A DNA stretch of 64,000 bases from contig JBELJQ010000002.1 of assembly GCA_042090305.1 (NCBI GenBank), positions 1,970 through 65,969 on the forward strand, in the 5' to 3' direction. The stretch is from Pelagibacteraceae bacterium. GTDB taxonomy: Bacteria > Pseudomonadota > Alphaproteobacteria > Methylaequorales > Methylaequoraceae. Made by a program: the position numbers and the translations under genes. Position 1 is the stretch's first letter. The number at the start of each line of letters is the position of its first letter. Below are positions 1 to 9,728 of this stretch, one piece after another. The notes under the pieces are model-generated. The model worked only from the letters and a program-made list of their open reading frames with translations. It was not told the origin of the DNA and searched no databases.

Positions 1-825
1 AATGACATCTAATTCTATTATTTTCTTTTCGTAATCAAAAAATTTAAATAAAGATGAAATTCCAAGAATAAAAAGTAAATTGTAAATGTTAGAACCAATT
101 ATATTACCAAAAATTATGGCATTTTTTCCTCTTTTTGCTGCGGCAATAGATGTTACTAATTCGGGAAGAGAGGTTCCAATTGCAATTACTGATAAACCAA
201 TAAATGAATCAGGTATATTTAAGTTATCTGATAGTTTAATTGCAGATTCAACTGAAATATTAACTCCAAATAATGTTAAAATAATTGATACTACAACAAT
301 TGGCAAACCAAAAACAACAGGCTTCTCGTATGAAAATTTTGATAGAATATCCAAATTAATTTCGGAGTCAACTTCACTATTTCTTATTGAGTTTTTAAAA
401 CTATAGATCATATAAAAAATAAATGATGTTAGAAACATAATGCCAAATAAAAAATTAAACTTGTAAAACGTAAAAATCAAAAAGAACACTAAATGAATCA
501 TTAAATGAAAAATTATATCAAATTTTAATACTTTGGGTATTTTAACCAGGTTAATGAATCCTACTGCGGATAAAACTAGAAGTATATTTGCTATATTTGA
601 ACCTAAAATATTTCCAACTGATAAGTCAGGCGAACCACTCAAGACGGCCTCAATTGATACTAATAATTCAGATATAGATGTCCCAAACCCAATAATTACA
701 AGACCAATGAAAAATTCGGAAATTTTAAACTTTCTTCCAATAGCAGTAGAGTTACCTACTAAAAGATCAGCTCCTTTAATTGCAAGATAAAGACCAAATA
801 TTAATGTTATAAAGTCAAGTGACAT
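1..825 (-). CDS. CaCA-family Ca2+/Na+ antiporter (YrbG-like), partial: C-terminus runs off the left window edge
   Basis: Not in the supplied ORF track because there is no stop inside the window. The reverse frame is open from ATG at 825..823 to base 1 (275 codons): MSLDFITLIFGLYLAIKGADLLV... It has two alpha-repeat signatures, GFGTSISELLVS and AIGTSLPELVTS, and a multi-pass hydrophobic profile. The + strand ORFs 86..406 and 533..790 are its antisense shadows. Confidence 0.75.
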   Translation of the reverse strand, partial: MSLDFITLIFGLYLAIKGADLLVGNSTAIGRKFKISEFFIGLVIIGFGTSISELLVSIEAVLSGSPDLSVGNILGSNIANILLVLSAVGFINLVKIPKVLKFDIIFHLMIHLVFFLIFTFYKFNFLFGIMFLTSFIFYMIYSFKNSIRNSEVDSEINLDILSKFSYEKPVVFGLPIVVVSIILTLFGVNISVESAIKLSDNLNIPDSFIGLSVIAIGTSLPELVTSIAAAKRGKNAIIFGNIIGSNIYNLLFILGISSLFKFFDYEKKIIELDVI

Positions 826-838
826 TTATTGCAATTTA

Positions 839-1498
839 TCATTGCTCAGAATTAGAACTTGAAAGATCTTCATTGTCATAATCTTTCAGAGATTCTTTTT
901 TATTTTCATCATTATTCTTTAAATTTTTTTTTTTAGCGCCATCATTTTTTATATCATCGGTAATTTCTTCTTCACGATGACTGTCATTTTTTAAGGATTC
1001 AATTTCTTTTTTTTTGGGTTTATTAATTTCGTCTTTTTGGATTTTTGCATTTTCTTCTGAAGTGGCTACGTTGATTTTAAGGGTACAAGAGACTTCGGCA
1101 TGTAATTTAACATTGATATCATAAATACCAATTTTCTTTATTGCACTGTGGAGATTGATATTAGATGGTTTTATATCTAATTTTTGCTCCAGAAAATATT
1201 GAGAAATATCTTTTGGTGAGACCGAACCATATAGCTGGCCATTATCACTGGCATTTCGAATGAATATAATATCTTTATTTTCGATCTTTTTTAACATTAT
1301 TTCAGCTTCATCAACAGCTTTTTTACTTTGCGCCATAAGATCATTTTTGATCTTAGAGAAATATTCTTTATTAGATTTGTTAGCTCTTAGTGCTTTCTGT
1401 TGAGGAATTAAAAAATTTCTAGCAAACCCGTCCTTAACTTTAACAACATCACCAATTTTTCCTAATCTGTCGAATGTTTCTAATAAGATAACTTCCAT
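839..1498 (-). CDS. rplI: 50S ribosomal protein L9 with ~70-aa charged C-terminal extension
   Basis: N-terminus MEVILLETFDRLGKIGDVVKVKDGFARNFLIPQQKALRA is canonical L9. rpsF-rpsR-rplI synteny. 219 aa versus ~150 aa typical. Confidence 0.95.
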   Translation of the reverse strand: MEVILLETFDRLGKIGDVVKVKDGFARNFLIPQQKALRANKSNKEYFSKIKNDLMAQSKKAVDEAEIMLKKIENKDIIFIRNASDNGQLYGSVSPKDISQYFLEQKLDIKPSNINLHSAIKKIGIYDINVKLHAEVSCTLKINVATSEENAKIQKDEINKPKKKEIESLKNDSHREEEITDDIKNDGAKKKNLKNNDENKKESLKDYDNEDLSSSNSEQ

Positions 1499-1502
1499 TA
1501 TG

Positions 1503-2438
1503 TTATTCCTTAAAAAAGTTTTTTTTTATGTTTGTATACATACCAGCAATAAATATTAATAGTAAAAGAACATACCCTAAAAATATAAAAAGTAAAAATA
1601 ATATTATAAATTTTAAAAAAGGATTGAGATTTAGTTTTTTAAGATATAAGTGTAAAATTTTATATCCCTCAATCAAATATGGAATTGAAAGTATCATTAG
1701 TGTGTTGAGTAAATATATATTTAAGGCAGAAATATCTAGAAAAAAAACAAAAAGATTCGAAAAAAAAATAATTGAAAACCATTTAGGAGTATAGAAGTCT
1801 TCAACGTGGTAAGAAAATAATGGTTTTAGTTTTAGAAAATTACAAGAAATAGTTGATAGTTTAAAATTAAACATGAAGATGGTTAAGATAATAAATATAT
1901 TCATAGCTGGTAATATCATTACTATAAAATTCGTTACTTCTTTAAAATTTAAATTTTGATCATTAATAGGTTTTTGTTGAAGTGATGATAATAAATTTGA
2001 GACTAAATTAGCAATTTCAACCTGGTCTAATTTTTGATAATAGAAAAAAATGAACATAATTAAACCAATAACTACAATTGATATAAATATAGAGAAAACC
2101 TCTCCACTTGAAGTATTATTATCTATTTTCCTTTGATTCAAAACTGAAAAAGTAGTTGGAATCAGAGAGATTATTATTAGAAAAAATAGATTTTTTGGGT
2201 GAATAGATAATATCCAATCAAATTTATGGATTGATAATAAAATTGACACGGATATAAATAAACTACTAATTAGTTGGATAGGCTTGAGAATTAAAGAAAG
2301 TAAAACGATAGGAAAATAAGATAAAAAAAAGAAAAGTTGTAAAGAGGTTTTAAGAAGAATTAACTCAATTAAAATAAAAAATATTGAAGAATAAAAAACT
2401 ATTAAAATGTGATTCGGTTTTTCAGCGAGTGGGTTCAT
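1503..2438 (-). CDS. Polytopic membrane protein, DUF2232-like by position
   Basis: 311 aa and strongly hydrophobic. A membrane protein inserted between rpsR and rplI is the conserved alphaproteobacterial arrangement. The family name is from memory of that synteny, not from a search. Confidence 0.55.
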   Translation of the reverse strand: MNPLAEKPNHILIVFYSSIFFILIELILLKTSLQLFFFLSYFPIVLLSLILKPIQLISSLFISVSILLSIHKFDWILSIHPKNLFFLIIISLIPTTFSVLNQRKIDNNTSSGEVFSIFISIVVIGLIMFIFFYYQKLDQVEIANLVSNLLSSLQQKPINDQNLNFKEVTNFIVMILPAMNIFIILTIFMFNFKLSTISCNFLKLKPLFSYHVEDFYTPKWFSIIFFSNLFVFFLDISALNIYLLNTLMILSIPYLIEGYKILHLYLKKLNLNPFLKFIILFLLFIFLGYVLLLLIFIAGMYTNIKKNFFKE

Positions 2439-2683
2439 TATCTAGAAACATAGGGTAAAAGTGCTAGAAACCTAGCTCTCTTGACCGCTAAAGATAACTC
2501 TTTTTGTTTTTTTGTTGAAACTTGTGTAACTCTGCTTGGAAGAATTTTTCCTTTTTCTGTCATGTATCTTCGTAGAAGATTTATATTTTTATAATCAACA
2601 TTAGGTGCGTCTTTACCTGATAAAGGACAATTCTTTGAAAAAAAAGACCTAGATGATGTGTTGTCAAATACTTTATTTCTCAT
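2438..2683 (-). CDS. rpsR: 30S ribosomal protein S18
   Basis: Motif [43 protein letters not shown]. Sits between rpsF and rplI. Confidence 0.95.
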   Translation of the reverse strand: MRNKVFDNTSSRSFFSKNCPLSGKDAPNVDYKNINLLRRYMTEKGKILPSRVTQVSTKKQKELSLAVKRARFLALLPYVSR

Positions 2684-2696
2684 ATTTTCTCCTTAT

Positions 2697-3020
2697 TTAT
2701 GTTTTTTGTTCGACTAGTAGTGATTGTTCTTTGATTATTTCTTTAATTCTGATATTAAAAAATCTTAAAAAGTTAATATCTTGTTTTACTTTTATATCAA
2801 AATCTTTGAATAATTTTGCATCGCATTCACAATTGATCATGTAGTAGTAACCTTTAGAGTTTTTTTTTATTTTATAGGCTAGGTCCCTAAGGCCCCAGAA
2901 TTCTGTTTTGAGTACTTTACCACCACTATCCTTTATTTTTTTTATTAAATCTTCGTAGTAATCATCTGCGGCTTTTTTTGAAAGTTGTCCGCTTACTATA
3001 TATACGTTTTCATATAACAT
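2697..3020 (-). CDS. rpsF: 30S ribosomal protein S6
   Basis: MLYENVYIV... start, 107 aa, first gene of the rpsF-rpsR-rplI operon. Confidence 0.9.
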   Translation of the reverse strand: MLYENVYIVSGQLSKKAADDYYEDLIKKIKDSGGKVLKTEFWGLRDLAYKIKKNSKGYYYMINCECDAKLFKDFDIKVKQDINFLRFFNIRIKEIIKEQSLLVEQKT

Positions 3021-3133
3021 TTTATCTCCTTACGGTTAAACTCAAAAAGTTTAGCTATTTTTAAATAGCAAGGTTATTAATAAATGTTTATAACATTATA
3101 AAATGAATATTAAAGAGATAATTTAATTTAAAG

Positions 3134-4096
3134 ATGAAAGGCATAAATATCATTTTCCCTGGTCAAGGCTCACAGTCAGTTGGAATGGGTCTCAATCTTT
3201 ATGAAAATCATAATGAGGCTAAATTAGTTTTTGAGGAAGTAAATGATACCTTGAATTTCAATTTATCAAAAATAATCTTTGAAGGACCAGAGGATGAACT
3301 AAGACTAACAGAAAATACTCAACCAGCGCTGATGGCAACTAGTATTGCTATAGTAAGAATTATAGAATTTGAGTTAAAAAAAAAGTTAGGTGAATTTACT
3401 GATATTGTACTAGGGCATTCACTTGGAGAATATTCTGCGCTATGTAGTGTCAAATCAATTACTTTGAGTGAAGCATCTAGAGCTCTAAAAATGAGGGGTA
3501 AAGCCATGCAGGAATCTGTGACCGGACTCGATACATTAATGATTGCCGTTATTGGTCTAGACATTTTAGACGTTGAAAGCGCTATTGAAGATATTGAAAT
3601 CCCTAGTGGTGAGGTTTGTGAAATTGCAAATGATAATTGTCCTGGTCAGGTTATTCTTTCAGGAACAAAGGAAATTTTGGAGAAGTTTTCAATAATATTA
3701 AAGAAAAAAGGAGCAAGAACAGTATTGCCCCTAAAAGTAAGTGCTCCTTTTCATTGCAGCTTAATGAATGATGCATCAAAAAAAATGGAAAATGTGCTAT
3801 CTCAGATAAGTTTAAAGAAGTTAGAGACAAAATATATAAGTAACGTCACGGCCAACTTTGAAGATGATCCAGATAAAATAAAAGAATTGCTCGTAAAACA
3901 AATTTTTACAAGAGTCAAATGGAGAGAAAGTATAATAAAAGCTGAAAAAGAAGGTGCCAAAAATTTTCTTGAAATAGGGAGTGGAAAAGTGTTAACAGGA
4001 ATGAATAAGAGAATATCCAAGGATATTTTTTCAGAAAATATTTCAAACATGAAAGATATCGACTCATTTCTTAAAAATAATAAGGATATCATATGA
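3134..4096 (+). CDS. fabD: Malonyl-CoA:ACP transacylase
   Basis: FPGQGSQSVGMG and GHSLGEYSAL active-site motifs. fab operon context. Confidence 0.95.
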   Translation: MKGINIIFPGQGSQSVGMGLNLYENHNEAKLVFEEVNDTLNFNLSKIIFEGPEDELRLTENTQPALMATSIAIVRIIEFELKKKLGEFTDIVLGHSLGEYSALCSVKSITLSEASRALKMRGKAMQESVTGLDTLMIAVIGLDILDVESAIEDIEIPSGEVCEIANDNCPGQVILSGTKEILEKFSIILKKKGARTVLPLKVSAPFHCSLMNDASKKMENVLSQISLKKLETKYISNVTANFEDDPDKIKELLVKQIFTRVKWRESIIKAEKEGAKNFLEIGSGKVLTGMNKRISKDIFSENISNMKDIDSFLKNNKDII

Positions 4097-4812
4097 AAAA
4101 AATTTTAATAACTGGAGCTACTGGTGGAATTGGAAAAGAAATTTGCCTCTTATTAAGAAATGATTACGACATTTACGCAATGGGAAGAAATAAAGAAAAG
4201 CTTGGTAAACTACAAGAGGAAATATCTTCCATCAAAGGTACTTTCACCGCAGATTTGAATAATAAAAAAAGTATAGAAAGCTTTTTAGATAAAATAAATA
4301 AAGATAATATTGAATTTGATATTCTCGTCAATAATGCTGGTATAACCCAAGATAGTCTTTTTATAAGGATGGATTACGAAAAATGGAGTAAGGTTATTCA
4401 AACAAATCTTAATTCAAATTTTCTTTTAACAAATTTTTTTTCAAAGCAAATGATTAAAAAAAAGTGGGGAAGAATAATTAATATTACATCTGTTGTTTGC
4501 CATACTGGTAATGCTGGTCAGAGTAATTATACCGCCTCTAAGTCAGGAATAATTGGAATGTCAAAATCAATTGCTGCTGAACTAGCCAAAAGAAATATAA
4601 CAGTTAATTGTATCTCACCTGGTTTTATCGAAACGGAAATGACTTCAGAACTCTCAGAGGAACAAAAAAAATCAATTATGGATAAAATTCCTTTAAATAG
4701 AATCGGTCAACCAAAAGATGTAGCTAATTGTGTCAAATTTCTTGCATCTGATATGTCTGAATACATAACTGGTCAAACTATTCATGTTAATGGAGGACTC
4801 GCAATGTTATAA
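4093..4812 (+). CDS. fabG: 3-oxoacyl-ACP reductase (SDR)
   Basis: TGATGGIGKE cofactor motif, NNAGIT, YTASKSG catalytic Tyr-Lys. Lies between fabD and acpP. Confidence 0.9.
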   Translation: MKKILITGATGGIGKEICLLLRNDYDIYAMGRNKEKLGKLQEEISSIKGTFTADLNNKKSIESFLDKINKDNIEFDILVNNAGITQDSLFIRMDYEKWSKVIQTNLNSNFLLTNFFSKQMIKKKWGRIINITSVVCHTGNAGQSNYTASKSGIIGMSKSIAAELAKRNITVNCISPGFIETEMTSELSEEQKKSIMDKIPLNRIGQPKDVANCVKFLASDMSEYITGQTIHVNGGLAML

Positions 4813-4878
4813 TTGTAATTGATTTAAAAAAAAAAATATTTATTAATATATATAATTAATTATTGTAAGGACAAAAGT

Positions 4879-5115
4879 ATGAGCGATATATCAGAAAGAG
4901 TAAAAAAGATTGTAGTTGAGCATTTAGGTGTTGAATCAGAAAAAGTAATTGATTCGGCAAGTTTTGTTGATGACTTGGGTGCTGACAGTTTAGATACTGT
5001 CGAGTTAGTTATGGCTTTTGAAGAAGAATTTAGCATTGAAATTCCAGATGATGTCGCAGAAAAGATCACAACTATCAAAGACGCTATAGAACATATCGAA
5101 AAATCCCAAAATTAG
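4879..5115 (+). CDS. acpP: Acyl carrier protein
   Basis: [19 protein letters not shown] phosphopantetheine-attachment motif, 78 aa. Confidence 0.97.
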   Translation: MSDISERVKKIVVEHLGVESEKVIDSASFVDDLGADSLDTVELVMAFEEEFSIEIPDDVAEKITTIKDAIEHIEKSQN

Positions 5116-5117
5116 TT

Positions 5118-6371
5118 ATGAGAAGAGTGGTTGTTACAGGTATTGGTATGTGTACACCACTTGGCTTTGGATGGAACCATTGCTGGGAAAAATTGATTTC
5201 TGGTCAGTCGGGTGTTAAAAGGTTAGAAGGCTTTGAAATTGATGATTTATCTTCAAAGATAGGTGGACAGCTATCGATGGAGGGTGATGAAAGCCTTTTT
5301 CCAGAAAAAATAATACAGTTTAAAGATAAAAAGAAAATGGAGCCTTTCATTGAGTATGCTCTTATTGCCGCGCATGAAGCTTTAAAGGATTCTGGGTGGA
5401 GCGCAAAAAATGATGATGAATCATTTAAAACAGGTGTTATGATTGGTTCAGGAATTGGCGGACTCGACGGAATAAGAAAAAGTGCAGTTAATTTAGACAG
5501 AAGTCCAAGAAAAATATCTCCATTTTTTATACCATCTTGTCTGATAAATTTAGCAAGTGGACACATATCTATTAAATATAATTTTAAGGGACCTAATCAC
5601 TCAGTTGTAACTGCATGCTCGTCAGGCGCACATGCTATAGGAGATTCCTTTAGGCTGATTTCCGAGGGGACTGCTGATGTAATGGTTGCTGGTGGTACCG
5701 AGGCAGCTTGCACTAGATTTGGAATTGCTGGATTTTGCGCAATGAGAGCTCTATCGACCCAATATAATGATGACCCTCACCTAGCTTCTAGGCCGTGGGA
5801 TAAAGATAGGGACGGTTTTGTACTATCAGAAGGCTCTGGAATACTGGTTCTTGAAGAATATGAACACGCAAAAAAGAGGTCTGCAAATATTTATGCAGAA
5901 GTTATTGGATACGGGCTATCAGGGGATGCATCACATCCGACCGCTCCTGCTCCAGATGGAAGCGGGGCATACAGAGCTATGGAGATGGCTATTAAAAGAG
6001 CTGAAATAACCCCTGAACAAATTGGCTATGTTAATGCTCATGGAACATCTACGCCACTAGGAGATGAAATTGAATTTGGTGCAGTAAAAAGAATTTTTTC
6101 AAATGCAAGTGATAAGTTGTGTATGTCATCTACAAAATCATCAACAGGACATCTTTTGGGTGCTTCAGGTTCTGTTGAAGCGATTTTCTCAATCTTATCG
6201 ATAAAATTTGGAGAAATACCACCCACATTAAATCTTAATAATATCTCGGAAAGCTGCAAAGGTATCAACCTAGTTCCACACGAAAGTCTAAAAGAAAATG
6301 TTGATATATCTTTATCTAATTCATTTGGTTTTGGTGGGACTAATGTTTCTCTTTTATTTAAAAGAATATAG
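5118..6371 (+). CDS. fabF: 3-oxoacyl-ACP synthase II
   Basis: ACSSGAHAIG active-site Cys, NAHGTSTPLGD, SNSFGFGGTN. Follows acpP. Confidence 0.95.
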   Translation: MRRVVVTGIGMCTPLGFGWNHCWEKLISGQSGVKRLEGFEIDDLSSKIGGQLSMEGDESLFPEKIIQFKDKKKMEPFIEYALIAAHEALKDSGWSAKNDDESFKTGVMIGSGIGGLDGIRKSAVNLDRSPRKISPFFIPSCLINLASGHISIKYNFKGPNHSVVTACSSGAHAIGDSFRLISEGTADVMVAGGTEAACTRFGIAGFCAMRALSTQYNDDPHLASRPWDKDRDGFVLSEGSGILVLEEYEHAKKRSANIYAEVIGYGLSGDASHPTAPAPDGSGAYRAMEMAIKRAEITPEQIGYVNAHGTSTPLGDEIEFGAVKRIFSNASDKLCMSSTKSSTGHLLGASGSVEAIFSILSIKFGEIPPTLNLNNISESCKGINLVPHESLKENVDISLSNSFGFGGTNVSLLFKRI

Positions 6372-6376
6372 AGAAC

Positions 6377-7318
6377 GTGATTTATAAATTTTTTTTTGTT
6401 TTAGTTCTCCTAGCAAATACAATTTTTGAGCTTTTTCTTAAGGAAAATAAGATAAATACTCCTCAAGATATTATAATTGAAAAAGGGATGAGATTAGATC
6501 AAATATCTTCTCTTTTATATGAAAATGAAATTATCAATAATAAGAATTTATTTAAATTATGGGTAAGATTAAACTTTTCAGAAAAAAATATTATGTTTGG
6601 TGAGTATCGATTTGAAAATAAATTATCAATAAATAACGTCTTTAAAAAAATAAGCAAAGGAGAGACCTTTCTAAGAAAATTAACAATTATCGAGGGGTGG
6701 ACAAAGTTTAATTTGTATTCAAAGATCAAGCTATTGTTTCCAGAATCAAGTTTAAAATTAGACGAAATGCCAACTTACATAATTGCAGACACTTATTTTT
6801 TTAGTATCACGGAGGGCTCTGAAAAACTTATTGAAAATATCAAAAAAAAAAGTGCTGACACAGCAGATAAATTATGGAAAAAACGTCTAATAGATTCTCC
6901 ATTATCCAATATAAGTGAAATGTTTATTTTATCTTCAATAGTTGAGAAAGAAACTTCAATCAATGAAGAAAGAAATAAAATAGCAGGAGTCTTTTATAAT
7001 AGAATAAATAAGGGAATGAGGTTGCAATCAGATCCAACTGTTGTATATGCTTTGACTCAAGGAAAATCAAAACTTGAAAGGAAGTTACTAAGAAAGGACT
7101 TAAAATATAAATCGAAATTTAATACTTATGTGAACAAGGGTTTGCCGCCTGAACCAATATGCTATCCAGGTTTAAACTCCCTTAAAGCTGTAATTTCCCC
7201 TGAAAATAATAATTTATTTTTTTTCGTTGCTGATCCTAAAAATAATGGACACATTTTTTCAAAAGATTATGATCAACATCTAAAAAATATTAAAAAAATT
7301 AAAAATACTAAAAGATGA
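6377..7318 (+). CDS. mltG: Endolytic murein transglycosylase MltG (YceG family)
   Basis: N-terminal TM helix, SIVEKET, LQSDPTVVY and PGxxSLxA-like motifs. Conserved position after fabF. GTG start. Confidence 0.85.
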   Translation: MIYKFFFVLVLLANTIFELFLKENKINTPQDIIIEKGMRLDQISSLLYENEIINNKNLFKLWVRLNFSEKNIMFGEYRFENKLSINNVFKKISKGETFLRKLTIIEGWTKFNLYSKIKLLFPESSLKLDEMPTYIIADTYFFSITEGSEKLIENIKKKSADTADKLWKKRLIDSPLSNISEMFILSSIVEKETSINEERNKIAGVFYNRINKGMRLQSDPTVVYALTQGKSKLERKLLRKDLKYKSKFNTYVNKGLPPEPICYPGLNSLKAVISPENNNLFFFVADPKNNGHIFSKDYDQHLKNIKKIKNTKR

Positions 7319-7322
7319 AATT

Positions 7323-7958
7323 TTGATGATTAATAAAACAAATAGAAGGGGGTTAATGCTAGTTTTATCATCGCCATCGGGTGCTGGCAAGACCTCAATA
7401 TGTAAGAAAGTCCTAGAAGAAGATAATGAAATCATGATGTCAATTTCTTATACAACCAGAAAAAAAAGAAAGAGTGAGAAGGAGGGGGTAGATTATTTTT
7501 TTGTTTCTAAAAAAAAATTTAACGAATTAATCAAAAAGGATTTTTTCATTGAGTATGCCAATGTATTTGATAATTTGTATGGAACTCCAAAAAAATTTGT
7601 AAGAGATAATCTTAATAGCGGGGTTGATGTTATGTTTGATATAGATTGGCAAGGTGCACAAAAATTATTTAATTTTTCGAGCTCAGATATGACCTCTATT
7701 TTTATACTCCCCCCTAGCAACGAAGTTTTACTTAAAAGACTTAAAAATAGGGCGGAGGATAGTTCCGAAATTGTATCCAAGAGAATGAGTAAAGCAAAAT
7801 CAGAAATAAGTCATTGGATTGAATATGATTATGTTTTGATTAATGAAGATTTAAGAGATTGCTCAAAAAGCGTGCTTACAATTCTTAATGCTGAAAGAAA
7901 AAAACGGAATAGACAGCGATTTTTATTTAGTATGGTGGAGAAACTTTTAAATCAATAA
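7323..7958 (+). CDS. gmk: Guanylate kinase
   Basis: SSPSGAGKTS P-loop, TTRKKR, YGT motifs. The start could be the ATG at 7326 rather than the TTG at 7323. Confidence 0.93.
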   Translation: MMINKTNRRGLMLVLSSPSGAGKTSICKKVLEEDNEIMMSISYTTRKKRKSEKEGVDYFFVSKKKFNELIKKDFFIEYANVFDNLYGTPKKFVRDNLNSGVDVMFDIDWQGAQKLFNFSSSDMTSIFILPPSNEVLLKRLKNRAEDSSEIVSKRMSKAKSEISHWIEYDYVLINEDLRDCSKSVLTILNAERKKRNRQRFLFSMVEKLLNQ

Positions 7959-8720
7959 GTTTGATAAATTAAGGTATTCCTCGACTGTGATGTCTTGTGG
8001 TCTAAGCTCGACATTTATATCGCTATCTAGGATCTTTTTCTCAACTTCTGAACTAAATTTCTTTATATTATTTTTAAGCTTTTTCCTTCTGTGTGAGAAA
8101 CAAATCTTGAGAATTTCATCTAAATTATTAAAATTAAAATTTAATCTTTTTTTTGGAATTAACTTTATTATAGATGACATGACTCTAGGTTTTGGATAAA
8201 AGTTTTCAGGAGATACATCAAAGATTTTCTCGACTGTAAAGTGAAGCTGTACTAAAATAGACGTTCTGCCGTAGTGTTTATTTGATACCTCTGCTACCAA
8301 TCTATCAGCAACCTCCCTTTGAACCATTACTATGATCGATTCAAATTTCTTTACAAATGACAACCATTTTATAATAAGTGTTGTAGCAATATTATATGGT
8401 AGGTTGGCTACTAAATTAATCTTATTACTATTTATTTTATCCAAATCAAATTTAAGTGCATCTTGAAAAATCACTTCTAATTTTTCTGGATATTCATTTT
8501 GTATTTTTTTTAGAATGAAATCTAATTCTTTGTCTTTCTCTACAGCTATAATTTTTTTTGGATTTTGTTTAAGTAAAATTTTTGTTAATGCTCCTTTTCC
8601 TGGGCCAATTTCAAGAATTAGTTTATTTGCCAAGTTTTCTAATTTAGAAATCTTATCCAGAACCTCTTTATTTTTTAGAAAATGTTGTCCTAGACTTTTT
8701 TTCTGCGAAAATTTATACAT
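7947..8720 (-). CDS. rsmA: 16S rRNA (adenine1518/1519-N6)-dimethyltransferase
   Basis: KKSLGQHFL, EIGPGKGALT SAM motif, NLPYNI. pdxA-rsmA synteny. Confidence 0.93.
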   Translation of the reverse strand: MYKFSQKKSLGQHFLKNKEVLDKISKLENLANKLILEIGPGKGALTKILLKQNPKKIIAVEKDKELDFILKKIQNEYPEKLEVIFQDALKFDLDKINSNKINLVANLPYNIATTLIIKWLSFVKKFESIIVMVQREVADRLVAEVSNKHYGRTSILVQLHFTVEKIFDVSPENFYPKPRVMSSIIKLIPKKRLNFNFNNLDEILKICFSHRRKKLKNNIKKFSSEVEKKILDSDINVELRPQDITVEEYLNLSNLLI

Positions 8721-9726
8721 TAATTTTTAAAAAGTTAATGGCTGAGCAAAGACTATTTGGACTGGCTATATTTTTTTTTGCTATATCAAACGCTGGTCCA
8801 TGATCTGGAGAAACTCTAATAAATGGGAGACCACCAGTCACATTTATTGAATTATAGAAATCTAACAGCTTTATAGGAATAAGACCTTGGTCATGATAAA
8901 AGCATACTATCCCATCAAAATTAACTCTTACATTCTTCGCAAAACAAGAATCACCACTAAAAGGACCACTCACCTTGATTCTTTTAGATATTTGTTCAAT
9001 TACAGGTTTAATTAATGATATTTCCTCGTGACCAATAAGACCACCTTCTCCAGCATGGGGATTTACAGCAGCGACAGCTATTCTAGGTTTTGAAATTTTC
9101 CAAAGCTTTTTTAAAGAATCATTAAAAATTGATATTTTTTCCTCTAAGGTTTTTTTTGTGATTTTGTTTAGACATTCTTTTAATGGTAAATGTGTTGTAA
9201 CCAAGCCTACTATCAAATTCGGTCCTTTATCCGCTGGTTTTGAAGTTGAAAGAATCATTATTTCTTTATTAATTTTATTTTTACCTTTTGATGCTAAATG
9301 AGCAAGGTATTCGGTTTGTCCGCAAAAGTTAAACCCATTCTTTTTTAATGATTTTTTACAAACTGGCAATGTAACCATTCCAGATACTTCTTTTTTTTTA
9401 ATTAAATCATAACTATCATTTATTGATTTTAATACAAACTTTGAATTAGCAGAATCTGGCTCTCCTAATTTAAAATTTAAATTAATTTTCATATCTAAAA
9501 TTGGAAGATATTTACCAAATAATTCAGAAACTTGTTCTGGAGATTCAATTTTTTTCAGATTTGCATTAAGATTAAATTTTTTATTGATAAATTCTATTTT
9601 ATTGAAATCATCAAGTAGGAAGAATGATGGGAGTTTTAGTTTCTTTCTATTTATCCAAGACTTTATAGCTATCTCTGAAGCAATCCCTGAGGGTTCCCCC
9701 ATTGTTATGACCAAAGGCTTTTTCAT
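8713..9726 (-). CDS. pdxA: 4-hydroxythreonine-4-phosphate dehydrogenase
   Basis: ITMGEPSGI, VNPHAGEGG, SPDHGPAFDIA motifs. surA-pdxA-rsmA synteny. Confidence 0.9.
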   Translation of the reverse strand: MKKPLVITMGEPSGIASEIAIKSWINRKKLKLPSFFLLDDFNKIEFINKKFNLNANLKKIESPEQVSELFGKYLPILDMKINLNFKLGEPDSANSKFVLKSINDSYDLIKKKEVSGMVTLPVCKKSLKKNGFNFCGQTEYLAHLASKGKNKINKEIMILSTSKPADKGPNLIVGLVTTHLPLKECLNKITKKTLEEKISIFNDSLKKLWKISKPRIAVAAVNPHAGEGGLIGHEEISLIKPVIEQISKRIKVSGPFSGDSCFAKNVRVNFDGIVCFYHDQGLIPIKLLDFYNSINVTGGLPFIRVSPDHGPAFDIAKKNIASPNSLCSAINFLKINV

Positions 9727-9728
9727 AT

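Noticed and set aside
86-790. Plus-strand ORFs 86..406 and 533..790 from the track
   Set aside because: Both lie antisense to a continuous 275-codon minus-strand frame with clear CaCA antiporter motifs (GTSxxE x2). They have no motifs of their own.
5818-6009. Alternative-frame ORF inside fabF (and similar: 37937..38122 in phrB, 12282..12473 in lptD)
   Set aside because: These are same-strand or opposite-strand out-of-frame ORFs within strongly conserved enzymes. Nothing suggests overlapping genes.
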